From positions 60,512,001 through 60,576,000 of the forward strand of contig OZ024741.1 in NCBI GenBank assembly GCA_964016885.1: a DNA stretch of 64,000 nucleotides, given 5' to 3'. The stretch is from Eledone cirrhosa. Lineage: Eukaryota. Below the pieces are notes generated by a model that did no database searches, had not been told where the DNA came from, and saw only the letters and a list, made by a program, of their open reading frames with translations. The translations under genes and the position numbers were made by a program. Positions 1-13,214 of the stretch are shown here, one piece after another. Position 1 is the stretch's first letter. The number at the start of each line of letters is the position of its first letter.

Positions 1-97
1 GACAGTGGCCACACTGTTCTGTGTGCCAGTATTGCGACATCGTCAGACAGCATGTTACATAATAAGGTTATGTTTCCGAGGCAATGCAAATTGAATC
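1..97 (-). repeat. Inverted partial copy of the 1153-1247 HHR-containing segment
   Basis: Reverse complement matches attcaattt..gcctcggaaacataaccttattatgtaaca..gctgtctgacgatgtcgc..tggcacacagaacagtgtggcca; cut by the window edge. Confidence 0.85.
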
Positions 98-1196
98 GAC
101 ATGGGAACGGATGAAGTGTGTGCTTTTGGGTTCTTCATCCGTTCCCCTGTGTGTACCAATTCACCCCCACCGGTCTGCGCAGGCGCATGTCCGAAGGAAG
201 TTGACCATTAGCTACCGCAGATTTCAACGAAATTCGCTTAGTCAGTTCCCCCTCTCAGCCAAACAATGACCCATTCAGGCCTGTACCATAGTTTACTGCT
301 ACCCGTCCCGTCTGTAGCAGTCAGCCGAAAGCCAGAGGGGATGGGAGAGTATCAGTATTTACAGGTCCCAATACTACCTCTCACCAAGCATGGACAGTAC
401 AACTGACCATCAACGCCTAAGAGAAAATATACTTAATTCTAGTTATCAGGGTTTTACATTGGAAGTTATGAGTGAGAGTTGGAAATAAAATTAAAATTTA
501 AAATCGAAAATCCTAAATCAAATATCAGAAATTATAAATAAAAAAATTAAAGAATTAAAAAGTTAACAATTAGAAATTAAAAATCCGGATTGAGGTGAGT
601 AAAAAAACATATAGATTGAAGTGAGTAAATAATATGCAGAGAGATGTTTAAGTAAGAAGTTCTGAAAGGGGTACTAATGTCACAGTTACACTATCCAGAT
701 ATTGAACGATAGTGCCGTACAGTAGAATGGAGGGTAAACTACAGTATTCAAGGCAGTAGTCAATCTAGTATACAGTCATAATTTCCATCACATAGAACAA
801 AACAAAACAAAAAACAGATATAAAGTACACAAAAGAAAAGAACCAATAATGAATAAATGCAAGAACACAGAGTACATATATGCAAATCTATCCATATGAT
901 TGTCAATTTGTCTATGTATAGATTGAATTGAGGGGGCTTCTGTTCAAATGCGATTTGGTGCAGGAAAATAGGGGTTTATCTTAGTGTTTGTATACGCGTA
1001 TTTATCCTGCCGAAAGTTATTATTATGTCCGTCCAGTGTCAGGGGTTTCCATCCCCATGGTAGAGGGAATTTCCTGGTGTAGCTCGTGGTTGGTTCCTCT
1101 CTTCTCCACCATATCGGTTACATGATAGAGCGCTCAACTAATTGGAGCTAAATTCAATTTGGATTGCCTCGGAAACATAACCTTATTATGTAACAA

Positions 1197-1270
1197 GCTG
1201 TCTGACGATGTCGCGACACTGGCACACAGAACAGTGTGGCCAGTGTCGTCATTGAAATATATATCACAGC
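1197..1270 (+). ncRNA. Type I hammerhead ribozyme motif with long stem II
   Basis: gctgt-CTGACGA-[hairpin cgacactggc..gccagtgtcg]-GAAA-tatata-TC-acagc; stem I gctgt/acagc is perfect and stem III is palindromic. A partial inverted copy lies at 1-97. Confidence 0.8.
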
Positions 1271-1406
1271 ATTATTATTAAAAGACTTGAACATCTGAAA
1301 CTACTTCGCTTTTCCTTATTCTATATATATATATATATATATTTCGGCTCTGTAATATACTTGTTATTTTACATTGAGAGCTATTCTCATACTTGTAATT
1401 GGATAA

Positions 1407-1981
1407 ACTATATATATAAAACTGAGGATGTCTGTCTGTGTGTGTCTGTGAGTTTGAATCCCTAAAACTCGAGAAGTACCCAACCGATTTTTTTCAAACT
1501 TTACATGTGTATTACTTATGCATATAAAATTCAACTTCTTGATCCCCTAGGTGAAAAACTGCTTTTTTCAGCTTTTTAGGGGTTTTTTGAGGCGTCACGT
1601 CAGACCGATTTCCTTGAAATTGTAACTATGTATTAGTCAGTATCTTCTTCATACCGTGAGCAAAGAAAATCCAACTTGTTTATGGCCTAGGGTCCGCATT
1701 AGGTGAAAAACTTCATTTTTTCAGATTTTTAGGGCTTTTTTGAGGCGTTACGTCTAGCCGATGTTCCCGAAATTTCAAGGCCTATTATGCACATAAAAAA
1801 AATTCATTTTCTTGATCTCCTAGGGCCCGCATTAGGTGAAAATCTGCATTTTTCCTGCTTCATCGAGGAAAATCTTAAAGATTATCCAGCCATCAGAGTA
1901 TTCGGATTATTTTCTTTACATATGCAGTTTTTCTACGATTATAAATACCTTATCCCGTGCAACCCCGGGTACCACTGCTAG
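1407..1981 (+). mobile_element. Non-autonomous Helitron-like element
   Basis: 5' ctatatatataaaactgaggatgtc; 3' hairpin cccgtgcaaccccggg then CTAG|T; internal subrepeats; homologous copy at 26003-26934 on the minus strand. Confidence 0.75.
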
Positions 1982-2000
1982 TATTTAATATTACCCACAT

Positions 2001-2198
<198 letters not shown>

Positions 2199-4744
2199 TT
2201 GAAAAAGAATGTACTTTCTGATATAAATAATCGTTGTACTGTCTTTCTTTAACGCCTCCCTTTAATTATTTGAATATTTGGTGAGTAAATCCTCACCAGT
2301 GTATAACAACTAACAGCAGTTAAGATCGTATGTATTCGAAGTTGTAAACTGCTACTTTTGGCAAAAATACCTTTAATACTTTTCTATGGCTTTGTTGTAC
2401 GGACCTGATCTAAAGGATTATACAATGATCACACTCTGCAGTATTCACATAGACCCCCTAGATTAAAACTGCCGATAACTGTGTCAATATATTTGAAGTT
2501 CGTTTCACAACCCCTTGATTCTTAACGCATGATGAAATTGCCTGAAACGCTTTTAAAGCTCACCTTTATTGACAGATACAGATTAATGATCTAATGCTTA
2601 AAATCTGCGACTGTTGTGCTTACCTCAGATGAACATTTCTGATATTGAATTATGAATAAACTATTTATATTTTCATATGTTTGTTAAAACAAGTAAATTT
2701 GTTTAATAATTATTTTATACCATTTAGTAGGCGGTGAATGGTTATAGCATCGGTTGGAAAGTGTTACGGCGGTATTCATTCCAGCTCTCTGTTCAGGGTT
2801 CTTACTGAGGTCAAATTTGCCTATCATCTTTTCAGGAGTCGTTAAATAAGCTCTAGTCAACGACTGACTGTTTCGGTCAGGTGAGGGGTGGGCGCAGCCT
2901 CGTTCAATATATCCAGTCGTGTGTCAGGAGATGGTGCCCCTTCAACTTCATCAGAAGTTAAAGAGCTCTGTACTGCCTTTTCATTTTCTTACAGTGCATA
3001 GTACCTCTCTACCTAACTCCCGGTAAAGTAAATCTGATGTGTATGCCGAATTCATTGCCTAAGGCAAAAATCAATATTTCCCAAACATGAGTGTGTGTGT
3101 ATGTGTATGTGTGTGCGTGTGTCTCTGTGTGTATGAGTGTGTGTATAACATAGTAGAATGAAATATAATACAGAGATAACATCGTGATCGTTTTCTCATA
3201 TGAACCGTGTAGAAAGTAAATATGTAAAAGAAAGATAAAAGATAGGCGAGAAAAAAAAAACAGATTCAGATGAGTTGATACCAGGAAGAAGTAATTTCCC
3301 CCTATCATCTAATATATTCTTGGTCATTATCCTTCCGTATGGAACTAATAAGGTTTCCAGACAATATGAAATTCAAATATAAAATGTTTAATGAAGATTG
3401 AAGAGGTTGTCTTAATGCAGATATATAGCAGCAATTCTAAGACAAAAAAAGAAAAGATAAACGAACCATAAATGAGATGTTAAATATATCAGTCATATTT
3501 TTACTAACGATAGAATCTTCAAAAGTATTCAGTAAATGAGTTCTTTACAAAGAAACACTTTTGCATATATATTTCTGAGGAAAATAGGAAGGGCTGTTTA
3601 TGTGAGTGTGTGTGATTTTGTTTTGTTTTTTGAAAGATAAATGTTATTTAATATTTATTGATTTAATGTTGTTTACGGCCAAACACAATTGAAAGTCAAG
3701 AAATATTTAAAAAGAAAACTAAAAGAAATTTACCACGTATACACACTCGCGCACACACTCACAAACAGACATGCACGTATTCACGCACATACAAATACAC
3801 AAACAGACCTGGTTACTTTAGTAGTCGATATCTGAAGCTGAATAGAGAGTATTTAGAAGTGTCTTTATTCTATTATAAATTACGGCAATGTTTTTCTCTA
3901 AAATTTCTTGATGATACGTAACACAGACTGTTGAGCTTCAAAGTAAGATTTATGAGGAATTCTTACAAATAAAACCTTTTCTACAAATCTAATCAATTAT
4001 TACATTGTAAAGAAAAATATAGGGTGGCGAATTGACAGTCTATAGGACGTCGAATTAAATGTAATCTGAGTTCTAATCATGCCGTGGTCAACTTTGTCTT
4101 TCTATCTACCCCACCTTCTCTTTGGATGAAATCAGTTATATTCAGAACTGGAGAGGAATGGGTGTTTCCAATATCTAAGACACCCCGGATATAAGGGTGA
4201 TGCTATCAGAAACAGAAAATATCATTTCAAAGGGTACTCAAAATTATATAAATTCATAACCGCAGCTAATTCGGAGAATCTTCAACCTCCTCCTCTCCTC
4301 CTCACACATTGTCCTGTCATCACCCCCCTCTCCACCACACTCTTTCGACTTGACCACTTCCGGTTGCGCACGCCACACTGTTATCTCACTTCCTCATCGT
4401 CATTTTTCTCTTACTCGGATTTGGACTTTACCTCACCTTCAAATCTACACGCTGCACCCTCCACACACACACACACGCACTAACATCCATACAGAAACAT
4501 AGACACAGAAGAACACTTACACCATGTCCGCACACACGCAACTACGCACCATAGCGGATCCTCAGCTCGTAATGGATATGGTTATACGGAACAGGAAGGA
4601 CAACCGTACGAACGCGTATAAGCAGAAACGGTCACGTCACTCAGGCAATACTAAATTGCGTGCGAGAGGTGTAAGGGAGATAACTGCGAAAGTCTGAAAG
4701 TTTATAGTTGATAAGAAAATTAGGATGTTGTTGTAATTCAATCC

Positions 4745-5113
4745 GGAGCTTTGTAGTTATGTAAGAGGTGTTTCCAGACGTGTGGACAACGTGTGAAGAA
4801 TTCATTACTTGGGTTTAGGCAATCGCTATTGCGTAATCTCTTTAGAATATTTATTCGTTCATCAATACATAGTCCACACGACGGATTGCCTCTTGAATAT
4901 GGCTTGGACTTAGTGATGGCTTTTCATTGAATGGAGTAGTCTATACTTGAGACCTTGAGGGACCATACGTTGTTCGCGAGTTTCGTGGATGAACGTCTGA
5001 CCTAAAGGTCGACTGGTGGTTCAGGAAGCGTTCCTTAAATCGGCGCTCCGCCATGCCCACATAGGATTTGACCTCCTGTGGTTGATTTGGTCAGTTGGAA
5101 GTCACCACAGCTT

Positions 5114-5120
<7 letters not shown>
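4745..5120 (-). mobile_element. Degenerate Penelope-like element, GIY-YIG endonuclease fragment
   Basis: Manual minus-strand translation: EAVVTS..KSYVGMAERRFKERFLNHQSTF..(fs)TKLANNVWSLK..KPYSRGNPSCGLCIDERINIL..CLNPSNEFFTRCPH; contains stops and a frameshift; ends at (TA)n. Confidence 0.8.
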
Positions 5121-5175
<55 letters not shown>

Positions 5176-5177
<2 letters not shown>

Positions 5178-5307
5178 GAAGGAAATGTGGTAAGGAATCA
5201 GGTGGACCATAACGCACCAAAGTAGTCAATACTTAGGGTAGTAGAGTGGGTAATAGGAACCAGTAAGACCCCGACGGTTGAGCTCAGCCGTCGGGGTCTT
5301 ACTGGTT

Positions 5308-5310
<3 letters not shown>
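5176..5310 (-). repeat. ~140-bp (TA)n-embedded dispersed repeat (family X) with short fold-back
   Basis: cgaaggaaatgtggtaagg..gaccccgacgg followed by its inverted end; other copies at 6320, 7738, 20676, 30037 and 48923. Confidence 0.85.
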
Positions 5311-5357
<47 letters not shown>

Positions 5358-5358
<1 letters not shown>

Positions 5359-6180
5359 ATAAATGAAGCAATTCCGTCGGAAAAGTTCAGGAAAAAAGAG
5401 TGCTCTATGTAGGTAACAGAGCTTAATAGTTATGTAATAAATAACATAAGGCAATTATTTCAATTACCAGTGGTTTCTTAAAAGCAAAAAAGTGTTGTTT
5501 TCAATCATCAGAATGAAAAAATCCTGGTGTATTTATTGGCGTTGGATTTTAAAAACAAAAATATATTCTCTATGAAAGTGAAGCTGGAAAAGGAAGAAGG
5601 AAAGGAAAAATAAAAACACACATGCAAACACACACACACACACAATTATATACATACACATATATATATATACATACACACATACATACACACACACATA
5701 TACACACACACACACACAGACACACACATATATATGTGTATGTATATACATACACATACATATACACATACATACATACACACATAAATATCAACATATC
5801 CATACATACACATACATACAAATACACAAATGTGCATACATACACACACACACACACAATGCATATATATATATATATATATACATAAACATATATATAC
5901 ATACATACACACAGATACATATATATACACACATACACACATATATATATATATACATACACATACATATACATACATATATATATACACATACATACAT
6001 ACATACACACAATCATACGTATATACACACGCACATAGATACACATACATACACACATATATACACGCATACATACGCATGCACAAATATAGAAATATAT
6101 ACACACACCTACATACTCACACACACAAATAAATATAAGAACAAATATATAATAATAAAAAAATAAAAATGAATATAAAT
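5358..6180 (-). mobile_element. PLE terminal-repeat (pLTR)-like segment with HHR and compound CA/TA tract
   Basis: Homologous to 55095-55900 and 52265-52700, which flank a PLE ORF. Confidence 0.75.
5459..5517 (-). ncRNA. Type I hammerhead motif (PLE pLTR family)
   Basis: minus: catt-CTGATGA-ttgaaaacaa..ttgcttttaa-GAAA-ccactgg-TA-attg. Confidence 0.7.
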
Positions 6181-6225
6181 ATTCATATATATATATATAT
6201 GTATGTATATATATGTATATATATG

Positions 6226-6319
<94 letters not shown>

Positions 6320-6323
<4 letters not shown>

Positions 6324-6512
6324 AACGAGTAGGACCCCGACGGCTGAGCTCAAGGCGTTTCGACGGCTAAATCTGGACGTCCAGAATTACCGTCGAAACG
6401 GCTTGAGCTCAGCCGTCGGGGTCCTACTCGTCCCTATTACCCACTCTACTCCCCTAGGTATTGAGTACGTTGGTGCGTTATGGTCCACCTGGTTCCTTAC
6501 CACATTTCCTTC

Positions 6513-6514
<2 letters not shown>
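6320..6514. repeat. Family X copy with inverted junction (ctggac|gtccag)
   Basis: 6320-6378 is the reverse complement of 6379-6437; flanked by (TA)n on both sides. Confidence 0.9.
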
Positions 6515-6577
<63 letters not shown>

Positions 6578-6929
6578 AAAGAAGACAGAATAAAATAAAC
6601 AAACAAGCAAATAAATAAATATATAGACAGACTGAATAAAAAATGGCGTAGACATACAACACAACAGGAGGAAAAAATATAACACCACAGACGATGTTGC
6701 AGATGTGCAACGGAAGATTTATGTAAATTATGTAAACTATATATATCTGTTTGTGTCTATATTGTATCTGTATTATTTTTGACCGTCGGTCAGTCAATGG
6801 CAACATTGAGGACCGAGTAAGTTAGATCGCAGATATAAAAGACAGCGAGAAGCGAAAACCAACCAAACAGTGAGTGTGTTCTGTTATTAATTCTGCCAAT
6901 ATTGCACAAGTATGACCCACCCCAAGTAT

Positions 6930-6981
<52 letters not shown>

Positions 6982-7118
6982 AGTGTAATTTTCTACACAA
7001 AACGAAGGTTATAGAGAAAATTGAGGTTGGTAATGGCACATGGAATATATAAGAGACAGAATACTTTTTTGTGAAAAAACATAATTTTATAAGGTAAGGA
7101 AATAATAAAGGGTATAAA

Positions 7119-7163
7119 AAATGACCGGTTTCGATGGGTCTGCAAAAGCCATCTTTTCAAATG

Positions 7164-7165
<2 letters not shown>
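7119..7165 (-). ncRNA. Hammerhead-like motif, U3-A8 core variant, weak stem I
   Basis: minus: at-TTGAAAA-gatgg..ccatc-GAAA-ccgg-TC-at. Confidence 0.5.
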
Positions 7166-7200
<35 letters not shown>

Positions 7201-7682
7201 ATGTATATGCATAATTACATACAGTGATTTAATGTTTATTTTCATTGATCTTTTGCTCCAGTAACTTGTTGAGTGCTCTAAATCTGTTATAAACATTTAT
7301 ACCCTTTTTTAAATATATTTATTTATTTATTATTTGTCGTATTCCCAACTTTTTATTTTTATTTTTATTTTTATTTTTATATATACAATATTTATTTTTT
7401 TTATATATATCATATTTATGTTCTTTGTCATATATATATAAATATAATTATATGTGTGTGTGTGTGTATGTATGTATGCATACGTATGTGCATGTATATG
7501 TGTGTGTAGGTATATATGTGTATATATATATGTATATATGTGTATGTATACATATATATATATATATATTAGAGTTAAACAAGGTTCATATGAATTATGT
7601 AATAATGAGTTTTACACACATATATATGTGTGTTTGTATTTGTATGTGTTTCTGTTATGTATGTATGTGTATGTATGTATGG

Positions 7683-7987
<305 letters not shown>

Positions 7988-8393
7988 CATATATATATTT
8001 ATATGCCAGATATTCAAAACAACAAACAGCGAAGGACGCGTTCCGGACTTGTCCGACAGACAACCTTTTCCCCCACCCCGGAAAAAAACCCCAGTTGATG
8101 GATGTGAATCTGAAATATATAGGGACTATTAAATCTCTCCCAAGGTAACTCTCTCTTGTGTTGTTATTTTAATTTTATCCTTTATACTCTTCCCTTCATT
8201 CTACACATCTCACACATCTTATACACACCACGCATCTCAACGTACACCCACTTACATCTCTCTCTCCACCACCGGACCTTGTTACCCGGAGATTTACCCA
8301 TTTGCATTGTCAAGGCTTCCAAACGACTTAAATATATTTACTTATTGTTCCACAATGCTTCAAGCAAACTTCAATACTCTCTTAGACTTAAAG

Positions 8394-8465
<72 letters not shown>

Positions 8466-8756
8466 ATGTATGTGTGTGTCTATATGTATATGTGTATGCG
8501 TATGTATGTGTTTATGTAGTTGTATATGTATGTGTATGTGTGAGAGTGTGTGTATGTATTTATTTTTACGTATGTATGTGTACGTGCATTTTTGTGTATT
8601 GCTTGCCACGTGTGGTTGTTCATTTATTCGTTGCCTGTATCGCTGTCAACACTATAATAATCTTTATATTCATTTTTATTTTTTTTATTATTATATACTT
8701 TTTCTTATATTTATTTGTGCGTGTGAGTATGTAGGTGTGTGTATATATTTCTATCT

Positions 8757-11532
8757 ACCCCAGCACACCATCTGGGCCAGGTGATTTCCAGTTGGTTAGT
8801 TTTGTTGCCTGCCCCTTAAGAGTTTCAATTGTGATACTCAAATCAGTTTGTTGGTGTGCCTGTTCACTGATCTCCTTCTGTACTGTCTCAATGCACACTG
8901 CCTGGTCATTATGTTTAACATCCTGCTCCCATATTCCTCTCCAGAAAGTTTTAGTTTGTTCCGCCTCAGGGATCAAGTCGTTGCCTCTTTCTTTCCCTTC
9001 AAGCTGTCCAAACAGCATCTTCTGGTTGTTGTCAAACATGCGGTTCTGTCTATACTGACTGACTCTGTTCTCGTATCGCCTGATTGTTGCACTCTTTGCT
9101 ACAATGCGTTGCTTCAGTTCCTCTATGATAATATTTAGCTTTTTCCTCCTAGTTTTGTACTTTATTTCTAGTCTATTTTTAGTGTCCCATTCAGTAGGGA
9201 CTCAAGCTTTCCAATGTCATTTCTCATTTCCCTGATTTGACCACTCAGTCGTTTCTTCCACCAATGCTCTGATCTTTCTTGTTTGTTGTTTCCTCTCGCT
9301 TTATACCAAGTCATTTCCTCACCGTATTTGCTGTTGCTTTGAGGATATTGTTGCACTGGTGAAGGCTCCTCGCCTCAAGGTATGGGATGACTTTGTTTAC
9401 CTTAGCTGTTGTTTCTTTTAACTTTTCCTGTCTACAAATCTTAGGTTCATAGGTTTCCCACTATCATTGTTCAATTCATCTACCTCTAAGTTTAGGATAT
9501 CAACCAAATCTTGTCCTAGCCTGTCAGCATTCATCTCCTCAGTGGCCGTATCTCTGTTCCAGGTATTATTTATTTCAGCATTCAGATCATTGTCTGCTTC
9601 GGATGGTTCCTCCGTTCTCTCGACCTCTTCACCTTGATTTCCCACTGGCTCGTTTGCCTGGCATACTCCACTCTACATTTCCAAGCTACTCTCTCTGCTC
9701 AGTTCCTCCTGTTCCAGCTCGCTTATCCACACATCAGTTCTTATTACCCGAACCTGCCCGGCCAATTTTTGTTCATCTAATTTAAATAGACCAATCTCGT
9801 TCCAGATGTTATGCATCCGTTTCCTATAGCCTTTCTCCTTGAGGTTACTCTTCAGGTAACATTGCATAACAGTTCTATTCAATTCTTTCGTCCTGTTGGT
9901 TCTGGTCCCTTTCCTTCTTCTTCTTCCTCCGACACCAGCAGTATTTGGTTGACAGCCAGGTCCCTGCTGCTGAGCCAGGGAGCACTTGTTGGGTGAGAGT
10001 CTGTCACATGACATTCTAGTCTCCACTTCACCGTTATTCGAACTGTTTAGGTTCGACATTTAAACACTTTTATCGAGGATTGGCGAATGAATGGTTACAT
10101 AACCACCGGTGATTTCATCACCTCCGATGATTTCGTCACTCCCAGTGATTTTTGTGTGGTATTATCACGCTGTAGACGAACATAAATAAACAAACATACA
10201 AACAGGCAACCCCCCCCCCCCAAAAAAAAAAATGAATAAGCATAAGTTTCATTGTAATGTAATGTTTGAATGTCTGACTTAGTTTTTCCCTTCCCTTCTC
10301 TGTCCGTCTGTTTGTTCTTCTCTTCATTTTTCTTTTCTTTACGTTTTTCGTTGTTGCTGTGCTGCTTTGATTTTGATTTTAGTTTTTGATTTTGACCGGG
10401 TCATCAATTCAGTCTATTTATATATTTTGATGCCTTCCTCTTTTAGTGGGGACACTACGATATAGCAGGAGGAAGTGGGAGAGAATAGCGGCGGTAGTGA
10501 TAATTAGGCCGTGGTGGTGGTGGTGGTGGTGGTGCTGTGCTAGTAGTACCTAGCAGGAGGTAGTGGGAGAGAATAGTGGCGGTAGCGATAATGAGGCAGT
10601 GGTGGGGGTGATGTGATCGTAGTACTGTAGTGATGGTGTTGAAGTTGAAGTAGAAATAGAGGTTGAGAGGTTGAGTGAACTTGACCAGAGTTTTTAGCGT
10701 GGTAGTGGTGGTGAAATTATCTTTAGCTATTTAGCTATTTAGTCATTTTGCCATTTTCCTCCTTTTCGACTCCAACATTCCTGATCCAAAATTAAATATT
10801 AATATTGTTTATTAATATTGTCTAGTGATACCGCCACCTTCCCCCTTCGTAAGTTAACAGAAGGTAATGGGGGAAAAGCGGTGGTAGCAATGAAGGAGTG
10901 GTGGCGGCGGTGATGGGATAGTGGTAGCAATGATGGATAGAGTGGTGGCGGCGGTGACTATAGTGATGGCGTTATCGTTACTGAGTTTTGTTGAATAGAC
11001 TGTAGTTTTGTTTGATCGGTGAATTTATGCGGTTAGTCGCGTATGTTTAATATATGTGTTGACATATTTTCTTAATATTGGAATTAAACATTTTGTGAAA
11101 ACTTGAGACAATAATAACAGTAATTATATAACTATTATGCTGGGATTGGTGGTGGTGGTGGTGGTGGTGAAATTGCCGTTATCTGACTGTTTTATTTAGT
11201 GTACACAGAGGAGTGATGGTATAGATGGTGTATCTAGTTTGTGGTGTTGGTGAAATTGCTGTTATTTGGCTGCTCTATATAGTGTAGACAGAGAGGGTTT
11301 TCTTCAATTTATAACCATTTTCTTTTTTTAATATAAAATGTATAATACAAAATTGAATATTTGAGCGATATAACAATATATTATGGATCCGAATTTTTCT
11401 GAGACTTGAGTCTGGTGCTTTACGTATTATTTGTACTAAGAATTGTTATTTCACAATTGATTTAAATATGTTAAAAATCAAAAACTTACGGGAGCGATTT
11501 CATGACCTTCTATCCACCACGTGCGTCTTCTT
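8757..11532 (-). mobile_element. Dong/R4-type LINE copy A: 5' half, 3'-truncated, degenerate, with ~1.2 kb extra sequence in the 5' UTR
   Basis: ORF fragments at 9673-10059, 9418-9645, 9168-9356 and 8755-9039 match the N-terminus of the 846-aa ORF up to KSPGPDGV; the 5' terminus at 11430-11532 matches 15885-15960. Confidence 0.9.
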
Positions 11533-11577
11533 CCCTATTTCTATAATTATTATTATTATTATTATTATTGTTATTAC

Positions 11578-12221
11578 TCTTTGAGTCTCAGTCATTGATG
11601 TTAGTTAACTGGAAAGTTGGTAGAAATGAATATCAAGCCACTACCTGCAGCCTCAGATATTCAGGACGTATCGGAGGTTTCTTGCTGTTCCTAGCAAGCA
11701 TGCCTTTTGAAGCGTTCCAAAAAGCGTGAAGGGGCCAATTTTCTTTAACCATCCCTGGAAACTTTTTGAGATAGTCCCTAGTGCGCCTATGACAATCGGG
11801 ATCACTTTGACTTCATGGCAGTTCCAAATTCTTTTTACCTCCCACTTTAAGTCCTAGTATCGGTTAATTTTCTCCCTCTCCTTCTCTTGCACTCTCGTGT
11901 CGAATGGGCAGGCCACATCCACAATCAGGCACGATCTTTTTTCTTTGTTCACAACCACCAGGTCAGGTCTATTGTGTTCGAGTTTCTTATCCGGCTGTAT
12001 CCTAATATCCCTCAGCACCTTCACCTGATCGTTTTCTATCACCGCCTCTGGCTTATGCTCATACCACTTCTCAGAATGTGGTAAATTGTTTACTTTGCAT
12101 AGGTGCCAGTGGATCACCCTGCCCATCACATCATGTCTCCAGCCCTTATAGTGAGTCTGGGCTAGGTGTTTACACTCGGATACAATGTGAACCACAGTCT
12201 CCTCTCTCACTCCACAGATCC
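11578..12221 (-). mobile_element. Dong/R4-type LINE copy B: 5'-truncated 3' end (RLE region)
   Basis: ORF 11854-12210 (RHD, RPDLVVV, DVACP) plus a 3' UTR matching copy C; (TAT)n on both sides. Confidence 0.92.
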
Positions 12222-12334
12222 TTTATTATTATTATTATTATTATTATTATTGTTGTTATTCCTTGAATCTCAGTCATTGATGTTGGTTAACTGGAAAGTC
12301 CGTTGGATTGAATATCAAGCCACTACCTGCAGCC

Positions 12335-13214
12335 TCAGATATTCAGGACGTATCGGAGGGTTCTTGCTGTTCCAAGCAAGCATGCCTTTTGAAGCGTTCC
12401 AAAAAGCGTGAAGGGGCCGATTTTCTTTAACCATCCCTGGAAACTTTTGGATATAGTCCCCAGTGCGCCTATGACAATCGGGTTCACTTTGACTTCATGG
12501 CAGTTCCAAATCCTTTTCACCTCCCACTTTAGGTCCTGGTATCGGTTAATTTTCTCCCTCTCCTTCTCTTGCACTCTCGTGTCGAACGGGCAGGCCACAT
12601 CCACAATCAGACACGATCTTTTTTCTTTGTCCACAACCACCAGGTCAGGTCTATTGTGTTCCAGTTTTTTGTCCGTCTGTATCCTAAAATCCCACAGCAC
12701 CTTCACCTGATCGTTCTCCATCACCGCCTCTGGCCTATGCTCATACCATTTCTCAGAATGTGGTAAATTGTTTACTTTGCACAGGTGCCAGTGGATCACC
12801 CTGCCCATCACATCGTGTCTCCAGCCCTTATAGTGGGTCTGGGCTAGGTGTTTACACTCGGACAGAATGTGAGCCACAGTCTCCTCTCTCTCTCCACAGA
12901 TCCTGCACAGTGGGCTAGCCTCCTCCTTGTAAATATGGTGCTTCAACCACTTCGTTTTGAGGGCCTGCTCCTGCGCAGCCATTAGCATTCCTTCTGTAGC
13001 CTTTTTGAGGTCTCCTCTTCTCAACCAGTTCCATGTCTGTGGATCTCTAAATTCAGTTTTCTCAAAGAAGGTACTATGAAGGGATTTTCCCTTAAGGCTG
13101 CTCTTCCTCCTTGATGTTATTTCCTCCTTGGACATCCCCTGGCCTACTGTCCCCTCCTTCAGTACAGTTCTGAGCATTGGCTCCTTACTATAGGTCACGT
13201 ATTTGTATAGGTTG
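12335..13214 (-). CDS. C-terminal part of the same ORF: CCHC zinc knuckle plus restriction-like endonuclease
   Basis: CRICGEREETVAHILSEC, RHD, RPDLVVVD..DVACP..KINRY; in frame with the RT ORF if one A is removed from the A6 run. Confidence 0.9.

Noticed and set aside
6683-6730. HHR-like CAGACGA-gttgca/tgcaac-GGAA
   Set aside because: Two core mismatches and no clear stem I or III
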